From assembly GCA_038845975.1 (NCBI GenBank), contig JAWBQF010000012.1:1-64000 (forward strand): a stretch of 64,000 nt of DNA, in the 5' to 3' direction. The position numbers and the translations under genes are program-made. The number at the start of each line of letters is the position of its first letter. Position 1 is the stretch's first letter. Of this stretch, positions 50,802 to 59,816 are shown in pieces. Source of the DNA: Candidatus Methanomethylicia archaeon. GTDB lineage: Archaea > Thermoproteota > Methanomethylicia > CALHIW01. The notes beneath the pieces were generated by a model that saw only the letters and a program-made list of their open reading frames with translations, ran no database searches and was not told where the DNA came from.

Positions 50802-52227
50802 GATTTATCCTCCACAGCCTCCTCTTCCACCCCGTGAGTCGATTTATGGTGTTAAGCCAGAGTATATTGGGAAGAGAGCCTACCAATTACCGGGTATGGT
50901 GTTCGTAAAGATTAAGGACTTGTTTCCTGATATGCCGGAGGTTATATGGCCTCCACCAAATACTAAAGCTATAAGAGAGGCTACAGTTAAAGCTCTTGAA
51001 AGTATTGATATGAGCTATATAAAGCCTGAACATTCAGTAAATATTTTAGCTTCACATCATGGATTTACACTTCTCGGTGGGGAGCCTTACGCTGAAATGC
51101 TGAAGACAATTAGGGATGTAGTTGAGGAAAGGACAAAATGTAGAGATATAAGGTTGAGAGCAGGTGTTGGCCTGAGATTTAGGGAAACTGAGGAATATAT
51201 TAGGAAGTTTAAGCTTGACGAGTATTTCGGTTCCGGGAAAGCTATTGGTATTACACCAATAGATCCAGGAATACCTATTGAGACGGAGATAGGTACGCTT
51301 TACGGTATTAGAGCTGCTTATGATGCTGATTGGATTATACATGCACATAATAGCGATGTTAGGGAAGTACATTTCCATAGACATGTTGATAGAGCTGTAA
51401 AACCATTCGGAATGTCTTATGCGAGAATAGAGACAAGATCAGCCTATCATCATAACCTGGGACCTAGAGGAGCTAACTTTATTGCTAGAGCTATATTTGA
51501 ATCCCCACTTGTCAAGAGGAAGTGGGCTTTTGCATGCTTCCTACTACCTACACCTGTTGGAATTGTAGGAGTGGATGCAGATAGAGATCTATACAGGCTA
51601 GATGAAAGAATAACAAGGCTAAACTTAAAGACATACGGTAAGGTAATGCATTTACTTGGAAAAATAGATGAAGCAATAGCAATACTTGACTTTATGTGTC
51701 CAGTACCATACGTATTTGCAGGTGGAGTAATATTTGCTAACTTCTGCTGTGCAAATATAGATTTATTTGATCTTGATAAACCATTTCCACCATATACATG
51801 GTATACTGAAGCATACTACGATGAAAATGAGAAACCACTATCACCTGAAATACCACCACCAAACCCTGCAATTAAAGCAATAGTTATAAACTATGTATGG
51901 AAAGGATATCCATCAGTTTTCTGGTCTAAACACTTCCCAACAATAATTGTAGGAGAACATCATAAGGAACTGTTTGATAATGATCCTCAAAATATAGAAT
52001 TTACAAAGTACATTAAAGCAGTAACTCCAGATCTAGATTCTGCAATTAAATTAGCTTATGAAATAGCTAAAACAGATAAAATCATAGTTTTCGATGGAGC
52101 TGCAGGAGGATTTAATGTAAGCAAATCCCTTGCTGAACTACTCATAAAGGAGGCGACTAAAGCAAGTAAAGAAGTGGATGAGGAGCTAATACATAAATGG
52201 CTTAGGCAAAGAGGTATAAAACCATAA
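50794..52227 (+). CDS. Uncharacterised protein, possibly distant LarA-like fold
   Basis: Long intact ORF, ATG 50794 after GGAGG. The N-terminal layout (IKP..SVNILAS..; RAGVG.RFRETEE) resembles the LarA N-domain. His-rich motifs ASHHG, HAHNSD, HFHRH. Confidence 0.6.
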   Translation: MSKIYPPQPPLPPRESIYGVKPEYIGKRAYQLPGMVFVKIKDLFPDMPEVIWPPPNTKAIREATVKALESIDMSYIKPEHSVNILASHHGFTLLGGEPYAEMLKTIRDVVEERTKCRDIRLRAGVGLRFRETEEYIRKFKLDEYFGSGKAIGITPIDPGIPIETEIGTLYGIRAAYDADWIIHAHNSDVREVHFHRHVDRAVKPFGMSYARIETRSAYHHNLGPRGANFIARAIFESPLVKRKWAFACFLLPTPVGIVGVDADRDLYRLDERITRLNLKTYGKVMHLLGKIDEAIAILDFMCPVPYVFAGGVIFANFCCANIDLFDLDKPFPPYTWYTEAYYDENEKPLSPEIPPPNPAIKAIVINYVWKGYPSVFWSKHFPTIIVGEHHKELFDNDPQNIEFTKYIKAVTPDLDSAIKLAYEIAKTDKIIVFDGAAGGFNVSKSLAELLIKEATKASKEVDEELIHKWLRQRGIKP

Positions 52228-52240
52228 CATCATACTTAAA

Positions 52241-53146
52241 ATGAATGAGTTAAACCTACTTGGGAAAACAGAACTTTGGATAACAAACATTAAACTTAAC
52301 CATGTAAATCTAAATTCTATTTCAGAAACAGTAGCTAGAGTTTTAAAGCTAAGTAGAAATGAGGTCTTTGTAACAGATGTTAGAGAGGACTATATAGTTC
52401 TTGACATCCTAAGAGAAACAATAGATCCTAAACAGATATTTGGCAAGAAAGATGAGCTTTTAATGGAGTTAGCTAAGATACCAGGATTCATAATCACTCC
52501 AGAAACCGATATACATTCAGAAGGAGTTTTATCATTTATCTCCCTTAATAAAGAGATGGTGGAAACTATAGTAGAGGAGAGTCAGAGAATTATTGATGAG
52601 GTTAAAAAGAAGATGAAGATGAGAGCAATAGTTTTTCCAACTGGTTTTGAAGTTAAGAGGGGAATAATTAAGGATACGAATACTCCATTAATAATTGATA
52701 AGCTTGAAAAAGAAGGATTTAAGGCAGTTCATGGCCCAGTACTTGATGATGATGAATACATGATTGCAGCTAAAATAAGAGAAGCAGTAGATAGCGGTTT
52801 TGGACTAATAATATTAACAGGTGGAGTAGGTGCTGAGGACAAGGATAAAACAATAGAAGGAATAGAGAAGGCAACAAAGAATATAAGAACTGAATACGTA
52901 GTTAAATATCATCAAGGTAAGGGAAGACATGCTAAAAGCGGAGTAAGGATAGCTGTTGGAAGATATGGTGAAAGCATAATAATAGCTTTACCTGGACCAA
53001 CTGATGAAGTAAAGGAATGTATAGATATAGTTATAGAGGGAGTGAAAAATAACTTAAAGGAGGAGGAGCTAGCTGAAAAAATAGCAAACAAACTAAAACT
53101 TCTATACTTATCTAGATATAATAAGTATTTACATACTCACCATTGA
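52241..53146 (+). CDS. Molybdopterin-binding (MoaB/MogA/CinA-type) domain protein
   Basis: TG.EV..G.I.DTN, DD, LTGGVG...D.T, ALPGP; extra N-terminal domain; C-terminal HTHH. Confidence 0.82.
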   Translation: MNELNLLGKTELWITNIKLNHVNLNSISETVARVLKLSRNEVFVTDVREDYIVLDILRETIDPKQIFGKKDELLMELAKIPGFIITPETDIHSEGVLSFISLNKEMVETIVEESQRIIDEVKKKMKMRAIVFPTGFEVKRGIIKDTNTPLIIDKLEKEGFKAVHGPVLDDDEYMIAAKIREAVDSGFGLIILTGGVGAEDKDKTIEGIEKATKNIRTEYVVKYHQGKGRHAKSGVRIAVGRYGESIIIALPGPTDEVKECIDIVIEGVKNNLKEEELAEKIANKLKLLYLSRYNKYLHTHH

Positions 53147-53238
53147 CAGTATGGTGAAAATAATCATAAAAGATGTTACTTCCAATTAAGATGTTAATAA
53201 GAAGCTAGTTTACCATTATTACGTTGATGGGGTAAAAT

Positions 53239-54048
53239 ATGAATGGAGTAGATCTACGTGATATAATATTTAAAGATATACTATCTAAGAGGATTATAGC
53301 AGTTATAGTTTCAGATGATGAAGGTATGATTGTCTTAACTGAAAAGTTAAGAAGTAAGGCTAATGAAATAGGTATTGAAGTGCTTGAATGCTTACCTTCA
53401 GGAGCTTACGTAAGGAGGGGGACACCTATAGCTAAGTTAAGAGGTAATCCTAAGCAGATAGCTTTAGCTGAAGACCTTCTTATAGGAATTATAGCTAAGG
53501 CTTCAGGTATAGCTACAGCAGCCTACAGAGCAAATAAGCTAGCTAATAATAAATTAAGAGTTGTTTGCGGTGCATGGAAGAAAATGCCTATTGAAGTAAA
53601 AGATACTTTTAGGGAAGCTATAAAAATTGGTGGTGTAAACATTAGAATACTTGATGAATCCTTCATATATCTAGATAAAAACTACGTTAAGATTCTTGGT
53701 GGTATTAGGGAAGCATTAAAGGCTGTGGAGGAATTTAAAATGGTTAAAGTGATTCAAATAAAGGGTAGAGTAAAGGCTATTGAGGATGAAGCGGTGGAAG
53801 CTGTAATTAATGGAGCTAAAGTCATAATGATTGATACAGGCAATTTAGATGATGTACGTAGAGTAAATAGAGTATTAAAAGAGAAAGGATTAAGAAATAA
53901 GGTAATGATAGCATTTGCTGGAAACATAAAATTAAACGACATACCTAAACTAATCAATGAAAACATAGATATAGTTGATATTGGTAAAGAAATAATAGAT
54001 GCACCACTACTAGATATGAGGCTAGAAGTGATTTCAGTAGAGAACTAA
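53239..54048 (+). CDS. Quinolinate phosphoribosyltransferase (NadC/ModD) fold protein, atypical
   Basis: G.....AE..IG..SGIAT, E..EA...GA..IMID, AG.I, D.VDIG; GAWKK in place of TRKT. Confidence 0.8.
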   Translation: MNGVDLRDIIFKDILSKRIIAVIVSDDEGMIVLTEKLRSKANEIGIEVLECLPSGAYVRRGTPIAKLRGNPKQIALAEDLLIGIIAKASGIATAAYRANKLANNKLRVVCGAWKKMPIEVKDTFREAIKIGGVNIRILDESFIYLDKNYVKILGGIREALKAVEEFKMVKVIQIKGRVKAIEDEAVEAVINGAKVIMIDTGNLDDVRRVNRVLKEKGLRNKVMIAFAGNIKLNDIPKLINENIDIVDIGKEIIDAPLLDMRLEVISVEN

Positions 54049-54061
54049 TATAATTTACAAC

Positions 54062-54103
54062 ATGGTAACTTAGCATACTGTAGCTTCCTCCCTAAGTTAC
54101 CAT
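54062..54103. repeat. 12-bp perfect inverted repeat with 18-nt spacer upstream of larA
   Basis: ATGGTAACTTAG (54062-54073) ... CTAAGTTACCAT (54092-54103). Confidence 0.75.
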
Positions 54104-54161
54104 ACCTTACTTTCAATAGTAACATATATATGTTCTTATTAATTATTAAATCGGTGGTTTT

Positions 54162-55529
54162 TTGGTTAAAGTATATATTCCCTATGAAAGTATTGAAAAA
54201 ACAATAATAAGTTCTGCTGCTAGTGAGAAAGAAATTTTCCGTGGAAAACTAGAGTTAGAAATTCCTGATGAAAACTTTGTTGCTAACATACTTCCAAAGG
54301 AGCCTGCCCCTATAATTAACCTAGAAGAGGAAGTTAGAAAGACACTAGAAAACCCGGTTTCCGGCCCAAAATTTTCTGAATTGATTGGGCCTGATGTAAG
54401 TATTGCTATAATTACAGATAATCAATTTAGACCTACACCTACGTCTAGATACTTAACTGTAATACTTAACATACTTGAGGAAGCTGGAGTGAGAAGAGTA
54501 GGTGTAGCTATTGGCGGCATGTTTGTATCTTATGCAGTACCTATGAGCGATGATGATATTAAAGCTAAGCTAGGTGTTGAAAATGTTAAAAGATTAAAGG
54601 AGAAGGGATGGGAAATATGGCAGAATCAGCCTAAAGATCCAGCTGCAAATAGATTTATCGGGTTCACGAAAGCAGGTACTCCAGTATGGGTTAATAAAAA
54701 GCTTATGACCTTTGATGTAAAATTTGGCTTACCATTAACTCAAGCTACTCAATGGGGTTATAGTGGTGGGGGAAAGCTTGCTTTAGCTATGTGTAGTGAA
54801 GAAACAATTGAAATTAACCATTTAAAATGCTTAAGCCCTGAAACACGTTATGGCTCACTTAAGGGACCTATGAGGTTAGATATTGATGAAATTGCTGAAC
54901 TTACAGATTACAGATATGCTCTTAATACAATCATGGACTCAAAGGGAAATGTAATAGACTTAACCTACGGTGAACTCCCAGAATCCTTTAAAGTATCAGT
55001 TCAAAAATATAATAGGATATATACGTATGATATACCTCAACTTAGACAGAGAAAAGCTGACATAGTTATCTGTGGAACCTTTGCGAAAAGTGATCATATA
55101 TTCTTCCATACTGGCTGGGGTGTAATGAGTGCAGATCTAATATGTAAGGATGGGGGAACAATAATATATTGTAGTCCATGTCCAGGTTTCCGTGAATTCC
55201 CTGGTTTCGCCTTAATGGATTTAATGAAGCCATACATGCCGCCTACAACTGAAAACTATGAGAAGCTAATTAGAGACATATATTTAAGAAAGGTATCTAT
55301 GTGGAGTGGCTGTATATGGGTTCCAATATATGAAGTTATGTTAAGGAAAAATGTAACCATAGTTACAATGAAGGAAAATCTTACATTAGGAAGAGAAATA
55401 GGTTTAGATGTTACAGATTCTCTTCAGGAAGCCTTTGAAAAAGCATTAAAAAGACATGGAACTGGAGCTAAAGTTATAGTTCTCCCCTATGCGAGAATGC
55501 AGCTTCCAACATGGGCGGTAGAAATCTAG
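54162..55529 (+). CDS. larA: LarA-family nickel-pincer-dependent enzyme, divergent
   Basis: L.NP, ITD...RPTP, G.T..GTPVW.N, GYSGGGK, NH, P.R.DIDE, DGG.II..SPC. Confidence 0.82.
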   Translation: MVKVYIPYESIEKTIISSAASEKEIFRGKLELEIPDENFVANILPKEPAPIINLEEEVRKTLENPVSGPKFSELIGPDVSIAIITDNQFRPTPTSRYLTVILNILEEAGVRRVGVAIGGMFVSYAVPMSDDDIKAKLGVENVKRLKEKGWEIWQNQPKDPAANRFIGFTKAGTPVWVNKKLMTFDVKFGLPLTQATQWGYSGGGKLALAMCSEETIEINHLKCLSPETRYGSLKGPMRLDIDEIAELTDYRYALNTIMDSKGNVIDLTYGELPESFKVSVQKYNRIYTYDIPQLRQRKADIVICGTFAKSDHIFFHTGWGVMSADLICKDGGTIIYCSPCPGFREFPGFALMDLMKPYMPPTTENYEKLIRDIYLRKVSMWSGCIWVPIYEVMLRKNVTIVTMKENLTLGREIGLDVTDSLQEAFEKALKRHGTGAKVIVLPYARMQLPTWAVEI

Positions 55530-55960
55530 CTAAATCAGCTAACTTAAAAACTCTTTAATATTTACTACTTTAAACAACTTACCATCAATATTAGTTGTGA
55601 AATTTAATATTTTATATAAGTTTGTTTGAAAGCTCTATTGTTTAGAGTTTCAGGAAGATTGTAGAAGCCCTCTAAAGCTATAAATTCACATAACATAGAA
55701 AACATTTAAACTATGGAATATAATGTATAAAATTCATGAATTACTTCATAGTTTATCTTTACTTAGAGAGAAGTATTGATGGGTTTCCTCTTTAAGACTT
55801 CTTGATTAATAGATAATGTAAAGATAGCTAAAGTAAGTGGAGTACTATGATGGATACGATTATAACTTTAAGATATTTAACAAGTCTTGATGAGTAGCTA
55901 TTAGGTATTTTAATTAGACACCTTAACTTACCAAAATTCTTAAATAATCTCAAATATCTA

Positions 55961-56176
55961 TTGTATATTAAAGTGGTAATTATTAGGAGGGAGTTAAAGT
56001 TCTGTCCTGAATGCGGTTCTACAAATATATATTGGGCATCTGGCTTACCGCAGCTATGGTCTATATGGGAATGTAGAGATTGTGGGTATCGTGGAACGCT
56101 TATTATTGAGGATAGCGGATTAGCTATGAAGATTAGAGAGAAATATCTTAAGGAAAGACATAGTAAGTATGGTTGA
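55961..56176 (+). CDS. Small zinc-ribbon protein
   Basis: FCPECGS...WECRDCGYRG. Confidence 0.75.
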   Translation: MYIKVVIIRRELKFCPECGSTNIYWASGLPQLWSIWECRDCGYRGTLIIEDSGLAMKIREKYLKERHSKYG

Positions 56177-56700
56177 GGGTTAATAGTATGGTTATTAAGG
56201 CTATTTTCTTTGATTTAGGTGATACAATTATTATTGAGGAGGATCAGGATAAACGTCTATGGGAAGCTGATTTAAGGAAGCTACCTTATGTTGATGATGT
56301 TTTAGCAGAGTTGAAAAGAAGAAATTATATGATTGGGTTGATAACGAACACTACAACGTCAAAGGAAATTCATGTTAGAGCTGCTTTAAGAAAGCTAAAT
56401 ATTGAGCATTACTTTGATGTTGTTATTACATCTGTTGATGTTGGTGTTGAAAAGCCTAATGAGGAAATATTTATTAATGCATTAAGTAGAATTAATGTAA
56501 AGCCTTGGGAAGCAGTAATGGTTGGTAATAGAATATCTAAAGATATAGTTGGTGCAAACAAAGTTGGAATGATTTCAGTTTTAATTAAATGGAGGAACAA
56601 ATACCGTGAGGAAGCCTTAACAGACTTAGAAAAACCTAAACACGAAATATCATCATTAATAGAGCTTATCGAAATTCTAAATAAGCTAGAGAAAACCTAA
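56173..56700 (+). CDS. HAD-superfamily hydrolase
   Basis: FFDLGDT, ITN, EKP, MVGN...DI.GA; start may be ATG 56188. Confidence 0.88.
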   Translation: MRVNSMVIKAIFFDLGDTIIIEEDQDKRLWEADLRKLPYVDDVLAELKRRNYMIGLITNTTTSKEIHVRAALRKLNIEHYFDVVITSVDVGVEKPNEEIFINALSRINVKPWEAVMVGNRISKDIVGANKVGMISVLIKWRNKYREEALTDLEKPKHEISSLIELIEILNKLEKT

Positions 56701-57075
56701 GCTACTGTAATCACCTCTACTTAACAAAACGAATTTAACAATAGGAAAATTCAAAACATATAAGCTTACTAATATTTCTATACTTTTCCTTCAAAATCTT
56801 GAATATCTAATATTGTTTAAAAGTGATAGCTTTTCTATTTCTCTTTAGGAGAACTATGTAAGTTTTATAACCTCATTGCTTCCATTATCAACATAAAAAC
56901 GATGGAAAACTAGAATTTAATAGTAACTTGATACTTCTCCAGAGCTTTACTAGATTTATAATAGTCCCATATATTTTCCAATTCAAGAATCTTGAGAACA
57001 TAGTCAAAGTAATCGGAATAATTTTAGCTTGATCTTCACATATTATGTTTTATATAGCTGGGAATCTTGGAAAAT

Positions 57076-58299
57076 TTAAGCATCAAAGTACTTTTCAATC
57101 TCCCAATTGGTAATTGTCCGTCTATTGTATTCTTCCACTTCAGACTCCTTTAGTTCAATAAATCTTTCAAACAAAGACCCCAGCAAATTTTTTATCAAAT
57201 CATCCTTTTTCAACTCTTCTAGAGCCTCTTCAAGTGTGGAAGGTAGAGCATCAAGAGTTTTATATCTTCCATTTTCATAAATATCTCCTTCTACAGCTTC
57301 TTCTAACTGGATTTTGTTTTTTACACCATCCAGACCAGCCTTTAGAAGAACTGCAAAAGCTAAGTAGGGATTTGCACTAGGATCTGGAGCTCTAAACTCT
57401 ATTCTTGCTGAAGCTTGATGGATTATTTCCGGTACTCTTATTAAAGCATCTCTATTTTTACTTCCCCAGTAAATGTATTTCGGAGCCTCAAACTCGCCAA
57501 GTCTTTTGTAAGAGTTTATTGTTGGGTTTGTAATTGCTGTTATAGCTTTAACATGCTTGAATATACCGGCCATAAAGAATTTTGCTATTTGCGAAATTTT
57601 ATACTTATCATTTTCATCGTAAAACAAATTCTTTTCCTTACTCCAAAGACTCATATGTAAGTGCATACCATTACCAGGTAGGCCAAAGAAAGGTTTAGGC
57701 ATAAAAGTAGCTTTAAGCCCGCAAGATTCAGCAACAAATTTTATAACATTTTTAGCAAAAAGAATTTTATCAGAAGTTATAAGGGCATTATCATACTTTA
57801 TATCAACCTCATTTTGCCCCGGACCAACTTCATGATGACCCATATCCCATTCTATTCCAGCTTTCGTTAACATTTCAATTATCTTAAGCTTAACTTCATG
57901 AGCTTTATCTTTAGGCGGAACATCAAAATAGCTTCCCCTATCTAACTTTTCCCCATCCTTTAAAAGGTAAAATTCTAGCTCACCCGCTGTAAAAAATTTA
58001 AATCCTAAAGCTTCAGCTTCACTTAAAACCTTTTTTAGAATGAATCTAGGATCGCCTTCATAAGGTTTAGTTCCAGAATAAATATCGCAGAAATAAACTT
58101 GCATATTACCAAGATTAAACATAGAATTTTCATCCGGCTTAAGTCGCATATCACTTTCAAATCTTCTAACCAAACCTAAAACTGAAGATCCATCAAACCA
58201 TACTCCTCTTTCTTTAGATTCTTTAAACTTCCTTTCTGAAACAAGTACTTCTTTTAATGTGCCGTTGATATCTGAGAATCTTAAGCTTAATAAATTCAT
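57076..58299 (-). CDS. glnA: Glutamine synthetase type I family protein (compact, 407 aa)
   Basis: FDGSS, ELEFY, HHEV.PGQ.E, FMPKP..G.GMH.H.S, NSYKRL, NR, RIE.R.PD..ANPYL. Confidence 0.88.
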   Translation of the reverse strand: MNLLSLRFSDINGTLKEVLVSERKFKESKERGVWFDGSSVLGLVRRFESDMRLKPDENSMFNLGNMQVYFCDIYSGTKPYEGDPRFILKKVLSEAEALGFKFFTAGELEFYLLKDGEKLDRGSYFDVPPKDKAHEVKLKIIEMLTKAGIEWDMGHHEVGPGQNEVDIKYDNALITSDKILFAKNVIKFVAESCGLKATFMPKPFFGLPGNGMHLHMSLWSKEKNLFYDENDKYKISQIAKFFMAGIFKHVKAITAITNPTINSYKRLGEFEAPKYIYWGSKNRDALIRVPEIIHQASARIEFRAPDPSANPYLAFAVLLKAGLDGVKNKIQLEEAVEGDIYENGRYKTLDALPSTLEEALEELKKDDLIKNLLGSLFERFIELKESEVEEYNRRTITNWEIEKYFDA

Positions 58300-58606
58300 A
58301 ATTCCTTTTTGAATTTAAGCTTTAAAAAGTTTTTGATAAAATCAAGTATTCCGCCAACTTTAGAAGTTTGATAGGACTCCTTAATAATATTTATAGCTAT
58401 TTCCAATACTTCTTACAGGCATTTACTCTTTTCAAGTAACTTATTTACTCTAGATTATTTAGGTGTTTTAAATAGATTTACAGTATTATTGTTCTAGATA
58501 TGGTTCTAAAAGATTATAGCTAACAATTCATAGAGAATATTTCTTTTTACCTATTTGTAATGGGAATTAAAGTATTTTATCTCTTTAATACACTGTATTA
58601 CATAAC

Positions 58607-58975
58607 TTATTTAACTTCAATTGGTGGTTCTGTTCCAGGTGCTACAAAGAATGCTATTTTAAGCATTTTATTACTAGTATTGGTTACTGAATGTATTGTT
58701 CCAGCAGGAATGTAGAGAGCTAATCCGGCATTAACAGGATACTCTTTCCCTTCACTACCAATATGAACTGTTCCCTCCCCCTCCAGGACGTAGTATACTT
58801 CATCTGATTCTGGATGTATATGGGGGTTTAACCCTTCACCAGGATTAAATACTCCAATGGAGAATAGAAGCTTATTTGAAATACCTGCAAAAACTCTTTT
58901 AATAGGTCCTCCAAGCCTTTTCTCAATTTTAACAGTATTAACATCAATAATTCTAATACTCAACTTAAACACCAA
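58607..58975 (-). CDS. Cupin domain protein
   Basis: PHIHPESDEVYYVLEGEG ... G..LYIPAGTIH. Confidence 0.88.
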   Translation of the reverse strand: MVFKLSIRIIDVNTVKIEKRLGGPIKRVFAGISNKLLFSIGVFNPGEGLNPHIHPESDEVYYVLEGEGTVHIGSEGKEYPVNAGLALYIPAGTIHSVTNTSNKMLKIAFFVAPGTEPPIEVK

Positions 58976-59020
58976 TAAATACTTTATAGTAAGTTAATAA
59001 GCTTTATGGTGTTTATCATT

Positions 59021-59710
59021 GGCTTTGTTAACTTAAGCATGTTTATTACCTCTATTTTGGTATTATGTCTTCTATGAATTCTTAGCTTTTATCTTCCTTA
59101 TCCATGTTTGTTTAGTATGTATATTATTGATTATAAGCATTAATGCATGCTCACCATCACATCTATCCTTCATACACGGTATATAATTATCGAATAATCT
59201 ATCCTTAACATACTGTATTATTCCATCCATTAATTCTAACCTCTAAACTATATAATGTTTAATTTTAATATCTTACATGATGCTTATAGTATTGAGCACC
59301 ATCACTTAATACAACTATATTCCATAGATAGCTCTAACCTTTTAATGTTAGTGATGCAAGTATATTTGAAACATCACAAACCCATATGTAGAGAATCCTC
59401 CTCAATAATGGCTCAAACACAACATAAATAACCTTACTCTTAAAACCTACTTACAATAGTATCATCAACCATAATCCTAGCATCCCTCCCATCAATAGAA
59501 GATTAAGATAAACCACGATAATATAGATACATAACCTAAAACAATAAAGCTTAAAATATCCGAAGCCATTCTAGAAGAACGAAAATATATATAAGCAATA
59601 AACAACCAGAGTAAATGGAGTTCTCTCCCTAACAAACCTAACAACTTTAGACATACTAACACCATAAATAGGGGAGGAAACTCCCAAATAAATCTAAAGT
59701 TAACAAAGCC
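59021..59710 (-). mobile_element. IS6-derived non-autonomous element, copy 3, with both TIRs and a 9-bp target duplication
   Basis: TIR GGCTTTGTTAACTT at both ends; flanking direct repeat TTTATCATT (59012-59020, 59711-59719); transposase relics such as YVVFEPLLRRILYIWVCD. Confidence 0.88.
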
Positions 59711-59816
59711 TTTATCATTATGGTTTATGGATTTAAACATGAAGGATTGTTTAGGCTTCAATAGTTTTACAAGTCATTAAGTTTATATGTTTCTTAATTA
59801 ATGTATAGTGGTTTAT

